DNA from: a virus
Direction: 5' to 3' (one strand)
IMG/VR virus record: IMGVR_UViG_3300045988_079583
Location: 50,885-114,884 of that record
Length of the DNA stretch: 64,000 bases
Below, piece by piece: positions 10,624-20,466 of this stretch. The position numbers and the translations under genes are program-made. The notes beneath the pieces are model-generated. The model had not been told where the DNA came from. It ran no database searches and saw only the letters and a program-made list of their open reading frames with translations. Positions within the stretch are counted from its first letter, which is position 1. Each line of letters begins with the position of its first letter.

Positions 10624-11008
10624 GAGAATTTACTCTCATGTTAGTTCCTAGTAATATTGCAATCTTTATCAAATCATCATAATTATCACAAATTATATTT
10701 TCTAGAATATAGTTTGCGTAATCCTTAATCTTAACTCTCTTACCTATAGCTCCGTATTTGTCATTTAACCATTTAATTTGAGGATTGAAATCCTCTAACC
10801 CATCGGATAAGTGTCTAAGAGCTTTCCTAATAGGAACTGGAAACCACATTTTCTCCCCTATCCAATCTAAATGACAATATCCAAAAGCAAAAGCTCTACT
10901 CAAATCTCTTTGAATAAACTCGTCTAACTCAAAGTTTCTCTCATGTCTGCCCATTTCCTCAAAATCGTCTCTTAAGTCTAGGCAAAATACTTCGTTAAAC
11001 TCAATCAT
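10604..11008 (-). CDS. hypothetical protein
   Basis: 134-aa ORF. Confidence 0.4.
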   Translation of the reverse strand: MIEFNEVFCLDLRDDFEEMGRHERNFELDEFIQRDLSRAFAFGYCHLDWIGEKMWFPVPIRKALRHLSDGLEDFNPQIKWLNDKYGAIGKRVKIKDYANYILENIICDNYDDLIKIAILLGTNMRVNSRDGEIQ

Positions 11009-11390
11009 CGCTCCAAGATCCTATAATGCAGTCTAACTCTAGTATACCATATCTGTATATAGCCTTAAATGGTCCAGTAGCCATAAAAATCACAGGAGCT
11101 TTGCTAGTTTCCTTAACCTTCATAACACCCTTAAGTAACCTGCTAGCACAGTCTCTAAGTTCACTTATGTCAGGTATTTTATATATACTAGGTGCTACAA
11201 ACATCTTCCAGGAGGACTTATCTATACAATTCCCCTCATCGTCATAGCTTCTTTTGCTCTTTTCCCAATTCATAAATTCGCGAACTCTGTCGAAATCAAA
11301 GTTCCTCATTATGTTCTCGTACTGAACATTTAGAGGAGGGGAATCACTGTAGTTGTTTGTTCTCTTCACTTTCATTTTTGTAACATTCAA
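11001..11390 (-). CDS. hypothetical protein
   Basis: 129-aa ORF. Confidence 0.4.
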   Translation of the reverse strand: MNVTKMKVKRTNNYSDSPPLNVQYENIMRNFDFDRVREFMNWEKSKRSYDDEGNCIDKSSWKMFVAPSIYKIPDISELRDCASRLLKGVMKVKETSKAPVIFMATGPFKAIYRYGILELDCIIGSWSDD

Positions 11391-11661
11391 TAAGACGTTG
11401 CAGATTTGAGAGTCTGTCAGGTTTTACACTGACAATTAACCCTCCCTTCCGCAAATTATAACTTAGTTTAATTCCGCAATGACTTAAGACATCTATGAAG
11501 TCTTTCAAAGCGTTTCCCTTTAAAACATTTCTGTAGACTAACTTCTGACCATCTTCATAACCTTTACGATAATATTCATTCGCAACATCAGAAATAAGCC
11601 ATCGCTTAATAGGCGAAATCCTACTTAAGAGTTCATTGACTCTGGTTGCGATGAAATCCAT
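11344..11661 (-). CDS. hypothetical protein
   Basis: 105-aa ORF. Confidence 0.4.
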   Translation of the reverse strand: MDFIATRVNELLSRISPIKRWLISDVANEYYRKGYEDGQKLVYRNVLKGNALKDFIDVLSHCGIKLSYNLRKGGLIVSVKPDRLSNLQRLIECYKNESEENKQLQ

Positions 11662-11662
11662 A

Positions 11663-11824
11663 TTACTGATTGATTACGAGGCTATCAACGCCTACAGTAT
11701 CTACACTTAATGTGTCCACAACTTCCTCAATGACTACAATAGAGTCATTCTCTGAGGTCTTAGTGTTTCCTGCACAAGCAGACATCAATGCAATCATTCC
11801 GAAAAGCAATAGTACTTTCTTCAT
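11663..11824 (-). CDS. small putative lipoprotein (53 aa, below ORF-track cutoff)
   Basis: hand translation MKKVLLLFGMIALMSACAGN...; signal + Cys. Confidence 0.3.
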   Translation of the reverse strand: MKKVLLLFGMIALMSACAGNTKTSENDSIVVIEEVVDTLSVDTVGVDSLVINQ

Positions 11825-12305
11825 TTCCATTAGTTTTTTAAAATTAATAACTTATCTATCAAAAAAAAAGAGTGGTTCCAATATCTGTGCTTCACCAGAT
11901 ATTTTCCCCACTCCCAATACTCCGAAGAGCTTGTACCGTTATTAGGTTGGCCAACCTCCCTTTTCATCTTGTTGAGAATTTGGGATAATAGTCACCAAGT
12001 TTAAAGATTACTTGTAACTGAAGCAAAGCTGAAATCCCGTTAAGGACTTCGTAACTCCTCCAACAACGTGGTTGGCGAGCTATTTTAGTAGGAAGCTAAC
12101 GCGCAGGCAAAGATAAAAGCAAAGTCTAAGACCTGACCGTACTAACAAAGACTAAGGCAAAGACTCTTATATATTATAAGAGTAATTTTTTTTTAATTTT
12201 GCACAGTCAGCGAATGAGTTGTCAGAAATCCAGTGATTTCTAATAGCAATTATTTATATTCCTGTTAAGTATAAATTGTTAGCTTCCTACAGAAAATCTT
12301 CTAAA

Positions 12306-13220
12306 TTACTTAGAAGAAGGATCGCCTTGTTTCTTAATCTCTTCGAAGATTCCTAGGAGATTCTTTGGCAAGGTAATTTTTAACTGTGAAATCCGCTCCT
12401 TTTCGGAGGTCTTCCAATTATTAAAGCGGCTTCTTAATTCTTGTATCTTAGAATTATATCTCTCATAATCAGCCTTAAATTCTGCAAGTCTTTCCTGATA
12501 TTCCTCTTCTCTAGTCATATCAATCTTATTTACAGTCTCTTTAAGTTCAGCTTTAAGAGCGTTTAATTCTTTCTCGTAGGAACGGTATATGTCTTGGAGA
12601 GACATAAACATATCATCTACCTTACTTACACTAATAGTAGGGTCTTGGTAATAGAGAATTAAATCTCTACCAGATCCTTCCTTATAGATAGGACAATTCT
12701 CAGCGGCATGGACATCCTTTCTAGCCTTACTGAAAGCCCCTTTAGGATGGATATATTTACCATAAGTAGAAGCAAACGCTTCAAGTCTTAGATACTTGTT
12801 TCGCTTATTGCCGTCCCAAGAATCTATAACTTCCTTCTCTTCTGCTCTCCGCAGAGATTCCGGATACTCAGGTTGTTCGGGGATTTCTATGCCGTTTTCC
12901 TTAGCCCATTTCTCAATAGGAGTAGCGGCAAGATAAGAAATCATCTCCTCTTTCTTTTTGATAGCTTCTCGTACCCAAGCACAGAAACTATTCATTTCAG
13001 CACATTTTTCCAAATCGTTCTTAATGAAGCCTATGGAAGTTTGCCCTACAGTCATTAGCTGTTTTTCTCCACCTCCAATAGAGGCTACAGATACTTGGTA
13101 AAACTTCACACCATTTAGACGCTCTGTGGCAGCCTGAATCATTTCCTGCGCAATATTAGCATAATAGTTAGCAGATGTGGAAGTTAACCCTTCGTTTCCA
13201 AAAAATACACTTTCTTTCAT
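12306..13220 (-). CDS. hypothetical protein with C-terminal coiled coil
   Basis: 304-aa ORF. Confidence 0.45.
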   Translation of the reverse strand: MKESVFFGNEGLTSTSANYYANIAQEMIQAATERLNGVKFYQVSVASIGGGEKQLMTVGQTSIGFIKNDLEKCAEMNSFCAWVREAIKKKEEMISYLAATPIEKWAKENGIEIPEQPEYPESLRRAEEKEVIDSWDGNKRNKYLRLEAFASTYGKYIHPKGAFSKARKDVHAAENCPIYKEGSGRDLILYYQDPTISVSKVDDMFMSLQDIYRSYEKELNALKAELKETVNKIDMTREEEYQERLAEFKADYERYNSKIQELRSRFNNWKTSEKERISQLKITLPKNLLGIFEEIKKQGDPSSK

Positions 13221-13411
13221 TTTGTTAATTTATCAATTACGTTTACTATAGACTGTTCTCCAGCTATAAAGCCAGACTTATGAGCATTTCTAATAAGTTT
13301 TTTCAAACTTTCTAGCTCTTCTTTTGATTTAAGAGTATTACTATTGTATATCTCTTCAAGTTCCTGTATATATCTTTCCATGACTAAAAATATTTAGTAC
13401 CCGAAGTGGCA

Positions 13412-14047
13412 TTACTCTAGAAGTATGCCGTACTTCCATATGTAGCCATAAGCATGGGTTATTTTATGATTGCAACAATCAGTGATATGTCTTTTGCAAT
13501 TAACAGTTTTTGCTAGACCATTATCTACAAGCCATTGAGCTGCTTCTTCTCTTCCCCAGAAGTGCTATATATAATTGCCAGCCATATCAAATTGATCAAT
13601 TTTCTTAGCAGACCCACCTCTGATTTTAATGTCATGAGCTTTCAATACTTTTCTTACAGTATCATCACTACATCCCACTTTCTCCGCAACTTTTTTGCAA
13701 GTATATCCCATATTGTACAGTTCGATTATCTCTTGATAATCATATAACTATGTTCCGTCACCACCCTTAGTAGCATTATAGCCTTTGGAGCCATAAGTTT
13801 CCAACTCTTTTATCCAATATACCTCTCTTTCTGAAAGTATGTTTTCGTCCTTTACATATTCTAATTCCTCTATTATAAAGTTTTCAACTCCATATTTATT
13901 CATAGCATCATATAATGGACGTTTTTCACATCTTTCTTTTCGAGAATCCTTGCAGTGTTCCTAAAATCTTTCCTATATAGTAAAGAGGGTTTTACCAACG
14001 TATCTTTTATTGTTGATAATATTTGTAATGCAATAGATATATCCCAT
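13412..14047 (-). CDS. GIY-YIG homing endonuclease (I-TevI-like) containing 3 in-frame TAG codons
   Basis: hand translation MGYIYCITNIINNKRYVGKT...REVYWIKEL...GYNATKGG; invisible in ORF track because TAG splits it; terminates at TAA. Confidence 0.7.
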
Positions 14048-14134
14048 ATCATAAACTATTTATAACATTATTAATAATTGATTGAATTAGCTTTACCCAA
14101 AACACACCACGTGGAGGTTTCAATCTTGTGTTTC

Positions 14135-14220
14135 TACCCGAAGTGGGACTCGAACCCACACGGCCCTTTCGGACCATCAGAGCTTAAATCTGACGCGTCT
14201 ACCAATTTCGCCATTCGGGC
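14135..14220 (-). tRNA. tRNA-Leu(UAA), type II
   Basis: cloverleaf by hand: anticodon stem TCAGA/TCTGA, loop TTTAAGC, long variable arm, T-loop TTCGAGT. Confidence 0.8.
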
Positions 14221-14328
14221 ATAATGACAGCTATTCTCACGAACCACTGTCGAGAATAATCCTAATTATTTCTTACTAGATTAGTCTCTAAATTGTTAAA
14301 TTCAAAGTTAAAATCCGTTAAGAAATGT

Positions 14329-14727
14329 TTATCTAGTTCGAACCACATTATAAACCCAAGATATATCGGCATAATCTACATAGATTTGGGAATTTCCATT
14401 ATTCTCAACTCTAAGTCTTAGAAATCCTTTATCATAGTCCTGGTCTAGGACTCTAAACTTCACCTGAGTTCCATTAGAATCATAGGGAGACTTGACTTGC
14501 TCTAAAACTTTGTATATTTGAGTTTCTTGGCTGTAAATTATAATTAGGTCATTGGATAGGTCAAATTTTATATTTATATCAACTGATTCCCAATCAGACC
14601 ATTTTGTCCAACGCCCATTATCAACTACTCTTACAGCAAACTCGGTAGCCTTAAACCATTGGGTTTGAGCTTGGACTGCTCCTACACAGAACAGCCCAAA
14701 CATAATTACAATAAGAATCCGTTTCAT
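14329..14727 (-). CDS. hypothetical secreted protein
   Basis: 132-aa ORF with signal peptide. Confidence 0.45.
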   Translation of the reverse strand: MKRILIVIMFGLFCVGAVQAQTQWFKATEFAVRVVDNGRWTKWSDWESVDINIKFDLSNDLIIIYSQETQIYKVLEQVKSPYDSNGTQVKFRVLDQDYDKGFLRLRVENNGNSQIYVDYADISWVYNVVRTR

Positions 14728-15098
14728 CCCAATTCAGCGAGGCGCTGTCTCAGTTCCTCCTCTGACAAGTTCTCCAACTTCTCAGATTGCTTCTTATCTA
14801 ACAGATCCAGCAATTTAGCCTTCTCAGCAGCCTTTTGCTTGGCATGGTCTCTGTCTGCCTTTTCTTTCAACTTGTCAGTAATGATATCTTTCACAATGTT
14901 GAACTTTAATTCAAGTTCATCATTCTTAGGTGAATCATTACTAATAAAAGATTTTCTAGGACTCTTAGCTAGTTCTTCGTCATAGGAGACAGCTAATTTA
15001 TCCAATACTGGCAGGCTCAAGTCCCACAAATCTTCAACACTCAGATTACCTTTACTAGTTGCGAAGCGCAACTTCATTCTTGATGCTTGTTTAAACAT
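14724..15098 (-). CDS. hypothetical protein
   Basis: 124-aa ORF. Confidence 0.4.
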   Translation of the reverse strand: MFKQASRMKLRFATSKGNLSVEDLWDLSLPVLDKLAVSYDEELAKSPRKSFISNDSPKNDELELKFNIVKDIITDKLKEKADRDHAKQKAAEKAKLLDLLDKKQSEKLENLSEEELRQRLAELG

Positions 15099-15100
15099 AG

Positions 15101-17107
15101 TTAGAAAATGATTTTAAATGATTTATTATCTACTTTTACAATAACGTCGTTACGAGATGTTGAAGAGAACCCAAGTCCACTTAACTGCTCGTCACTATAT
15201 TCAGTTTTAGCCCTAGCTCCCAGAGCTTCAAATACTCTCTTATGGTCTCTCTCAAGGTCAGCTCTTAAGTACTCATTAAAGAACCCTCGAACCGGCTCAG
15301 GATTCTTACATCCATCAACCATAAAGAATAGGTGCTTATTACCTACAGAGTTTCCTTCCCAGTGGTTAGGAGAGAACATTATACAAGAAACCTTTTGGAA
15401 TTTCATAGTATCTATTCCCCACTCGTTTACTGATTTGAAAGATGTAGTCCCTTCTGGAATAGAAGGAGTTAGGCTAATGTTGCCTTGTCTGTCTACTTCA
15501 ATACGAGCAACATCAACGTAGTCACCGTGCGGAATCATCTTGCTATAATTAAACTTATGGATCTCTCCGTTGATTTCAATTTCCATCTCGAAGCCTACGT
15601 CTATACTTTCTCTTCTAGCGAAGTTATGAACACGTACCCTATAGCTCCCAGTTCTTATTCTAGATGGGTCTGTCCAGATAATATTCTCAACAGCATCTCT
15701 AGTTTTACCACTTCCAGCATTCATGTCTACGTCTAGAACGCCACCACTGTACCCGTTCTTATGTCCAAAATAAATTTCACTACCACCAGGCTCAGTTACA
15801 TGAAGATCCAAATCGTCGTAGTTAAACCAGTGTAGAGAACATCTTAGGAATCCATTAACATTACCTCCTGCTGCTTTAACCTTTTCTTTGAATGAATCAG
15901 CTACAGAACCGTTGTAAACCCAAGCAAAGTTATTGTTCCACTTAAACAACTGATTAGCGTCTGGATTCTCAGGAGCAGTTAAAGTAACAAAGTTAGGAAT
16001 GTGCCTATTCTCTACCAAGATAGAGACATCCTTTGCTCCTGGCAATATATCAGTTACAAACTTCTGAGCGGATACTTCAGTAGCTTTAGTAAATTCCTTC
16101 GGGTTTACCATAGCAGTCTCCGTAAGAGCGTCAAACATTCCGCCTTTCATTCTAGCACGAGTATCTCTATTTACGAATAATACATCGTTTACAGAAATAT
16201 CTTCTACATGTGCATGACGTCTAGGAAGGGCATCAGTTAGTCCAAGTTCCTCAACTTTCTTTTGGGCGGCTTCTATTTGCTTCTTGGTAATAAGAGCAGT
16301 AGGTCTCTTGTAGTTAGCAGGAGCCATGATATTCTCATATGCTCTTACAGCCCTTTCCAGTTCTACTCCATTGCTTAGGTCAATAAGCAATGTTCCCATA
16401 GCCGTATTTCTAATCTTAGCTATAGGAGATCTGAAATTCATCCAACAGAAATTTGAAAGATTCTTCCTAGGGGCAGACTCCTTTATTCTCCTAAATTCCT
16501 GCAGCCCCTTCAAGAACTCTTGTCCACGGTAGAGAGAATTATCTTCAATTAGTTCTATTACAGTATTAACTGAATCATCAGTTAATTCCGAGATTGAACG
16601 TTGAAGAACTTCCTTTCTCGCACGAACATCGCCGCGATATCCAGGAGCGGTATCAAAATTGTGAACTCTCTTATTGAATTTGAATTGGTTAGGAATTTGA
16701 ACAAACAGATGTGTCCAAGTTCTAGTAGTTCCATCTGGAAGAAGTTGAATATTATGGTCACATCCATGGAACTCGTTTACATCCTGTATAAAGATGTCAG
16801 CTATTCCAGCTTCCTTAACCAGTTTAGCTAATTCCTTAGCAGTTTTCTCATACCCAGGAGTATGAACGTCATCCCAAAACGTCTTAATTTCGAAGGTTCT
16901 GGGATCAATAGCTACTACCTTACCGTAGTGCCTAATAAATGACTTGCAAGCATTACAGTTATGATCTTGCCTAATATCGTCATCCTCAAACGATAGCAAG
17001 TATCCAGTCCACAGCAGATCCTTGTCTACATTAGCTACGAAAAGAGTGTCTGCAATCATATTTTTGAAAGCAGTCTCTACATCTTTTTTAAAATCTTGAA
17101 AATTCAT
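15101..17107 (-). CDS. large hypothetical protein (668 aa)
   Basis: longest ORF of minus-strand block; no family recognised by eye. Confidence 0.5.
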   Translation of the reverse strand: MNFQDFKKDVETAFKNMIADTLFVANVDKDLLWTGYLLSFEDDDIRQDHNCNACKSFIRHYGKVVAIDPRTFEIKTFWDDVHTPGYEKTAKELAKLVKEAGIADIFIQDVNEFHGCDHNIQLLPDGTTRTWTHLFVQIPNQFKFNKRVHNFDTAPGYRGDVRARKEVLQRSISELTDDSVNTVIELIEDNSLYRGQEFLKGLQEFRRIKESAPRKNLSNFCWMNFRSPIAKIRNTAMGTLLIDLSNGVELERAVRAYENIMAPANYKRPTALITKKQIEAAQKKVEELGLTDALPRRHAHVEDISVNDVLFVNRDTRARMKGGMFDALTETAMVNPKEFTKATEVSAQKFVTDILPGAKDVSILVENRHIPNFVTLTAPENPDANQLFKWNNNFAWVYNGSVADSFKEKVKAAGGNVNGFLRCSLHWFNYDDLDLHVTEPGGSEIYFGHKNGYSGGVLDVDMNAGSGKTRDAVENIIWTDPSRIRTGSYRVRVHNFARRESIDVGFEMEIEINGEIHKFNYSKMIPHGDYVDVARIEVDRQGNISLTPSIPEGTTSFKSVNEWGIDTMKFQKVSCIMFSPNHWEGNSVGNKHLFFMVDGCKNPEPVRGFFNEYLRADLERDHKRVFEALGARAKTEYSDEQLSGLGFSSTSRNDVIVKVDNKSFKIIF

Positions 17108-17233
17108 TTTTGATCTTTATTAAATATTTGATTAACTAAAATCACGCCTATTCCACTTAGGGCAGCAGTTTCAAAATCGAATATCGCTCTAACCCCAAAT
17201 AAAACTACCGCCATAGCAGCTACTGCTCCTAGT

Positions 17234-17470
17234 TTAATTCCCTCTGTTTTCCAGTTCATGTTCCAATTTTTGTAATGTTTCTACACTTTCTTCATAAAAC
17301 TTATCCTCATAAGGTTCACTAATCTTGTAAATAGCAAGAATCTGCTGAAACCTTAGGTAAGGATACTGGTCAATAATTTGTCCGAGTCTGGTTAAGATTT
17401 TGAAATTAGCTTTCTTTCTAAGCTTAATAACTTCTCTATTCTGAGTTTCCATACTTATTGGAAATTTCAA
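17234..17470 (-). CDS. hypothetical protein
   Basis: 78-aa ORF. Confidence 0.35.
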   Translation of the reverse strand: MKFPISMETQNREVIKLRKKANFKILTRLGQIIDQYPYLRFQQILAIYKISEPYEDKFYEESVETLQKLEHELENRGN

Positions 17471-17930
17471 GTTCTAATTTCTTAACCTTACTCTCATAAA
17501 GAGAATCCTCCGCGTACCCTATCCTATCCAAGAATACATAATAATTCTCTTCTGGATTATACTTGTTGAGGATGAACTTCTTATAAGCAAATACACAGCT
17601 TATCCAACTATCAAAGCTAAAGTAAGACATTGTTCTAGAGTTATAAAGTCCGAACAGATTATTCTTATCTTTACATAGCTTTGATTTAAAATTGCCAGAT
17701 TCCAGAACAGCCTGGGCTGTTATAATAGCTGGACTTGGAAAATCGTAATGTACTAAGGTATTATAAAGTACCTCTTCATTTACTTCTTCCAACAAATAAA
17801 ATGGATGCTCTGGCAGCATTACCATTTCATCTTGCTTCTCATTAAAGTGGATAAGGTGATGCAACGAGTATCCCGTTGCAAAACCAAATACTATACTGAT
17901 TAGCAAGATGAATAAAACTTTCTTTTTCAT
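17436..17930 (-). CDS. peptidoglycan hydrolase with glucosaminidase (FlgJ-like) domain, N-terminal signal/anchor
   Basis: AQAVLESGNFKS...NNLFGL matches mannosyl-glycoprotein endo-beta-N-acetylglucosaminidase motif; possible lysin. Confidence 0.5.
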   Translation of the reverse strand: MKKKVLFILLISIVFGFATGYSLHHLIHFNEKQDEMVMLPEHPFYLLEEVNEEVLYNTLVHYDFPSPAIITAQAVLESGNFKSKLCKDKNNLFGLYNSRTMSYFSFDSWISCVFAYKKFILNKYNPEENYYVFLDRIGYAEDSLYESKVKKLELEISNKYGNSE

Positions 17931-18229
17931 ATCTTGATAGATTTCGTAAATTCTGCATCATTGCACAGCTGATATTCAACCTTGTTGAGTTCAGGAATGT
18001 AAACAATGTAGTAATAATCAAAGAACTGATTGTTGTCCTCAAATCCTATAATTATTCCTTCATGTCCCTCGTGCGTTGTGCAGTCTTTATATAAATATTT
18101 AGCTATGTCAGCACGAATCTCATCGTGATTAATAACAGCTTGTAGTGCGGAGATACCATAGTAAGAAGTATTAGTACCTCTTACCTCATGCCCTAGTATA
18201 TCCTTATCGTATGAGGTGGTGATAACCAT
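17927..18229 (-). CDS. hypothetical protein
   Basis: 100-aa ORF. Confidence 0.4.
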   Translation of the reverse strand: MVITTSYDKDILGHEVRGTNTSYYGISALQAVINHDEIRADIAKYLYKDCTTHEGHEGIIIGFEDNNQFFDYYYIVYIPELNKVEYQLCNDAEFTKSIKI

Positions 18230-18494
18230 AATTCTTAATTACAGATTCTATAGTGGAGACGGTCTTATACAAGGATACTATCATACTGACTTTCTTAGAA
18301 ATCTCATTACACATATTTTGGTAATAGTCTCTGTCAGCTTCTATACTTTTTAGTTTATCCAGATCAACAGCTATCATTAGTTTAGAATCCACGCCTTCAA
18401 GATACTTCGCTTCAACAGCTTCTTCTTCCGTATCATACTGACCTAGAATAAACGGGATGCCATTCCGGAACTTAATTAAATAGAACTCCTTCAT
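18204..18494 (-). CDS. hypothetical protein
   Basis: 96-aa ORF. Confidence 0.4.
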   Translation of the reverse strand: MKEFYLIKFRNGIPFILGQYDTEEEAVEAKYLEGVDSKLMIAVDLDKLKSIEADRDYYQNMCNEISKKVSMIVSLYKTVSTIESVIKNYGYHHLIR

Positions 18495-18742
18495 TTTCCA
18501 ATTTTAAAGTACTCTTTTAGTAAATCAATATTTCCTTCCTCTAGATGCCTTATGATAGCTTCTCTTTCTTTTTCCATAAAATGAAGCCGACTTTCTAGAA
18601 TACTTATCTTATGACTAAGATTATTTTCGTATTCCTCTAAAGCATCTACAATGACATTAACTATGGCACAATCCTTCATCGTATTCTTAGTTGTAATGAC
18701 TTTCGTCACCATTATCGTCTCCGATAGGATTTTCCCAACCAT
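18491..18742 (-). CDS. hypothetical protein
   Basis: 83-aa ORF. Confidence 0.4.
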   Translation of the reverse strand: MVGKILSETIMVTKVITTKNTMKDCAIVNVIVDALEEYENNLSHKISILESRLHFMEKEREAIIRHLEEGNIDLLKEYFKIGK

Positions 18743-19178
18743 ACTTTTCGGCGGTAGCCTTAAATAGAGGAAGCCCGTACATAGGATAATTATCCTCGGA
18801 ATAGTCTTCTAGTCCTTCTTCTAGAACTTGGTTCCAGCGTAAAACCACATAGAACATCAAGCTAGCTGATATTCCTCTTTGGTCTAGAGCTTTTTCAAAT
18901 CCAAATTCTACATCTTTTCTAAGTTGAGCTAGGATATTTTCTCTAGTCCATTCTTTAGGCTCCGGATAAGGTTCTTCACTGTCCCATTTGAAACCTATCT
19001 TTTCTAATTGTTCCTTAGTTAAGAACTGGGACAATCTGACGCCAAAGCGATCATCAAGGAATATCTCATAATCCTTGTAATTGTCTAAAATCTCGTTTAA
19101 TGTTTTCATTATAATTCTTTTAAATAAATATTCTGAGGATATTCTCCAAATACTTCCAGAGTCACCGGACAAATCCAA
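18687..19178 (-). CDS. hypothetical protein
   Basis: 163-aa ORF. Confidence 0.4.
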   Translation of the reverse strand: MDLSGDSGSIWRISSEYLFKRIIMKTLNEILDNYKDYEIFLDDRFGVRLSQFLTKEQLEKIGFKWDSEEPYPEPKEWTRENILAQLRKDVEFGFEKALDQRGISASLMFYVVLRWNQVLEEGLEDYSEDNYPMYGLPLFKATAEKYGWENPIGDDNGDESHYN

Positions 19179-19516
19179 ACTCTATCATTATAGCGCCTGC
19201 TCTTACATAAGTAAGTAGCTCCACTCTCGTCTTCTTCTATCTTAGATAAGGTTATCTTAGCTACGGATGGATCCACCATTTGTAGTCTAACAAATTTATT
19301 ATCTATAGAATCAAGAAAACTGTCAGCCCCATTGACCATAGCTAGCTCTCCTGGGTCTCCACAGAAATCTGGCCACCAATAGAACCAGGTTCCTCCAATT
19401 TTTACAAATTCAAATGTCTTTCTCATTAATTCTAATTTATTAAACAAAAAATACCCCAACAACTTTCGCTGCTGGGGTACATAGTAACGCCAACGGGATT
19501 CGAACCCGTATGCCAA
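19109..19516 (-). CDS. hypothetical protein
   Basis: 135-aa ORF; 5' end overlaps tRNA-Glu so true start may be downstream. Confidence 0.35.
   Translation of the reverse strand: MAYGFESRWRYYVPQQRKLLGYFLFNKLELMRKTFEFVKIGGTWFYWWPDFCGDPGELAMVNGADSFLDSIDNKFVRLQMVDPSVAKITLSKIEEDESGATYLCKSRRYNDRVWICPVTLEVFGEYPQNIYLKEL
19447..19480 (-). terminator. rho-independent terminator-like hairpin downstream of tRNA-Glu
   Basis: minus strand CCCCAGCA-GCGAAAGT-TGTTGGGG followed by TATTTTTTGTTT. Confidence 0.4.
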
Positions 19517-19556
19517 GAATGAAAATCTTGTATCCTAACCCTTAGATGATGGCGCT
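19485..19556 (-). tRNA. tRNA-Glu(UUC)
   Basis: anticodon stem CAAGA/TCTTG, loop TTTTCAT; T-loop TTCGAAT. Confidence 0.8.
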
Positions 19557-19563
19557 ATCCTGG

Positions 19564-20238
19564 TTACGCGATAAGACTATAAGCCTCTTGCAATAACTTA
19601 ATAGTTGGGACTTTATTATTGTCTACAACTACTATTTTATAAATGTTCAAGAACTCTATATAAGTCAAAGAGGTACATGTAAGGAAAATTTGCACGTCTT
19701 CATTTATAGAAGCGGAAGACTTAAGTTTTAGATCTATTCTCACCATTTCTGGTAAGCATCCTACTTGAGACGCATCCCAAGTTGACTTAGGTTTTCTAAG
19801 AACTTCTCTCTGTTTTGCAGATAGATATTTGTCCTTAAGAGTACTCTCAATAAGAGTTCCACTGAAAGTTAAACAACCTTCAGCAGGAGTATTGTTACTT
19901 AGTGCTTGTTGTATCTTCTGCACAGCAGAATCCTTAGGTTTTGGGCCCATCTGTACAGGTGTCTTCATTCCTTTTATAAGCTGCAACGATGGAATAAAAT
20001 CTTTAATCTGATTTGCATTCCAAACGAGAAACTTTCCAGGACTATCTTTAATAGTCACAACGTATTTAGTTCCTCCGTTGTAAGGAATAATGACCTGTAG
20101 GTCTGCGTCAGTCATTCTACTCCAATGGTCAGAGACTCTTACCTTAACATTACCTATAACAAAATAGCGAGAAACTGTAGTTTCAGCTTCAATTATTTCA
20201 GAAGCTGTTGCCAATAAATACTTTTCTAATCTAGTCAT
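19564..20238 (-). CDS. hypothetical protein
   Basis: 224-aa ORF. Confidence 0.45.
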   Translation of the reverse strand: MTRLEKYLLATASEIIEAETTVSRYFVIGNVKVRVSDHWSRMTDADLQVIIPYNGGTKYVVTIKDSPGKFLVWNANQIKDFIPSLQLIKGMKTPVQMGPKPKDSAVQKIQQALSNNTPAEGCLTFSGTLIESTLKDKYLSAKQREVLRKPKSTWDASQVGCLPEMVRIDLKLKSSASINEDVQIFLTCTSLTYIEFLNIYKIVVVDNNKVPTIKLLQEAYSLIA

Positions 20239-20266
20239 AAATAATTAATCTAATTAATAGTTAAAG

Positions 20267-20340
20267 ATCCGGATGTGGGGGTCGAACCCACAACCTCGAG
20301 ATTACAAATCACGTGCTCTAGCCAATTGAGCTAATCCGGA
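20267..20340 (-). tRNA. tRNA-Thr(UGU)
   Basis: acceptor TCCGGAT/ATCCGGA, anticodon loop TTTGTAA, T-loop TTCGACC. Confidence 0.7.
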
Positions 20341-20342
20341 AT

Positions 20343-20383
20343 ATAGCCGAGACTGGGGGATTCGAACCCCAACCTTCACAGTG
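20343..20383 (-). other. tRNA 3'-half-like fragment (partial duplicate of tRNA-Asp 3' end)
   Basis: T-arm-like GGGGTTCGAATCCCCC plus TCTCGGC acceptor-like strand, but no D arm or 5' acceptor. Confidence 0.3.
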
Positions 20384-20455
20384 CCGAGAGTACCAGACTC
20401 GAACTGGTGACCTTCGCATAGACAGTGCACTATTCTACCACTGAACTAACCCTCG
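20384..20455 (-). tRNA. tRNA-Asp(GUC)
   Basis: D-arm TAGTTCAGTGGTAGAAT and anticodon loop CTGTCTA resemble E. coli tRNA-Asp; 5' end has unusual C1/G72 or an extra base pair. Confidence 0.65.
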
Positions 20456-20466
20456 GTGTAACTGGA

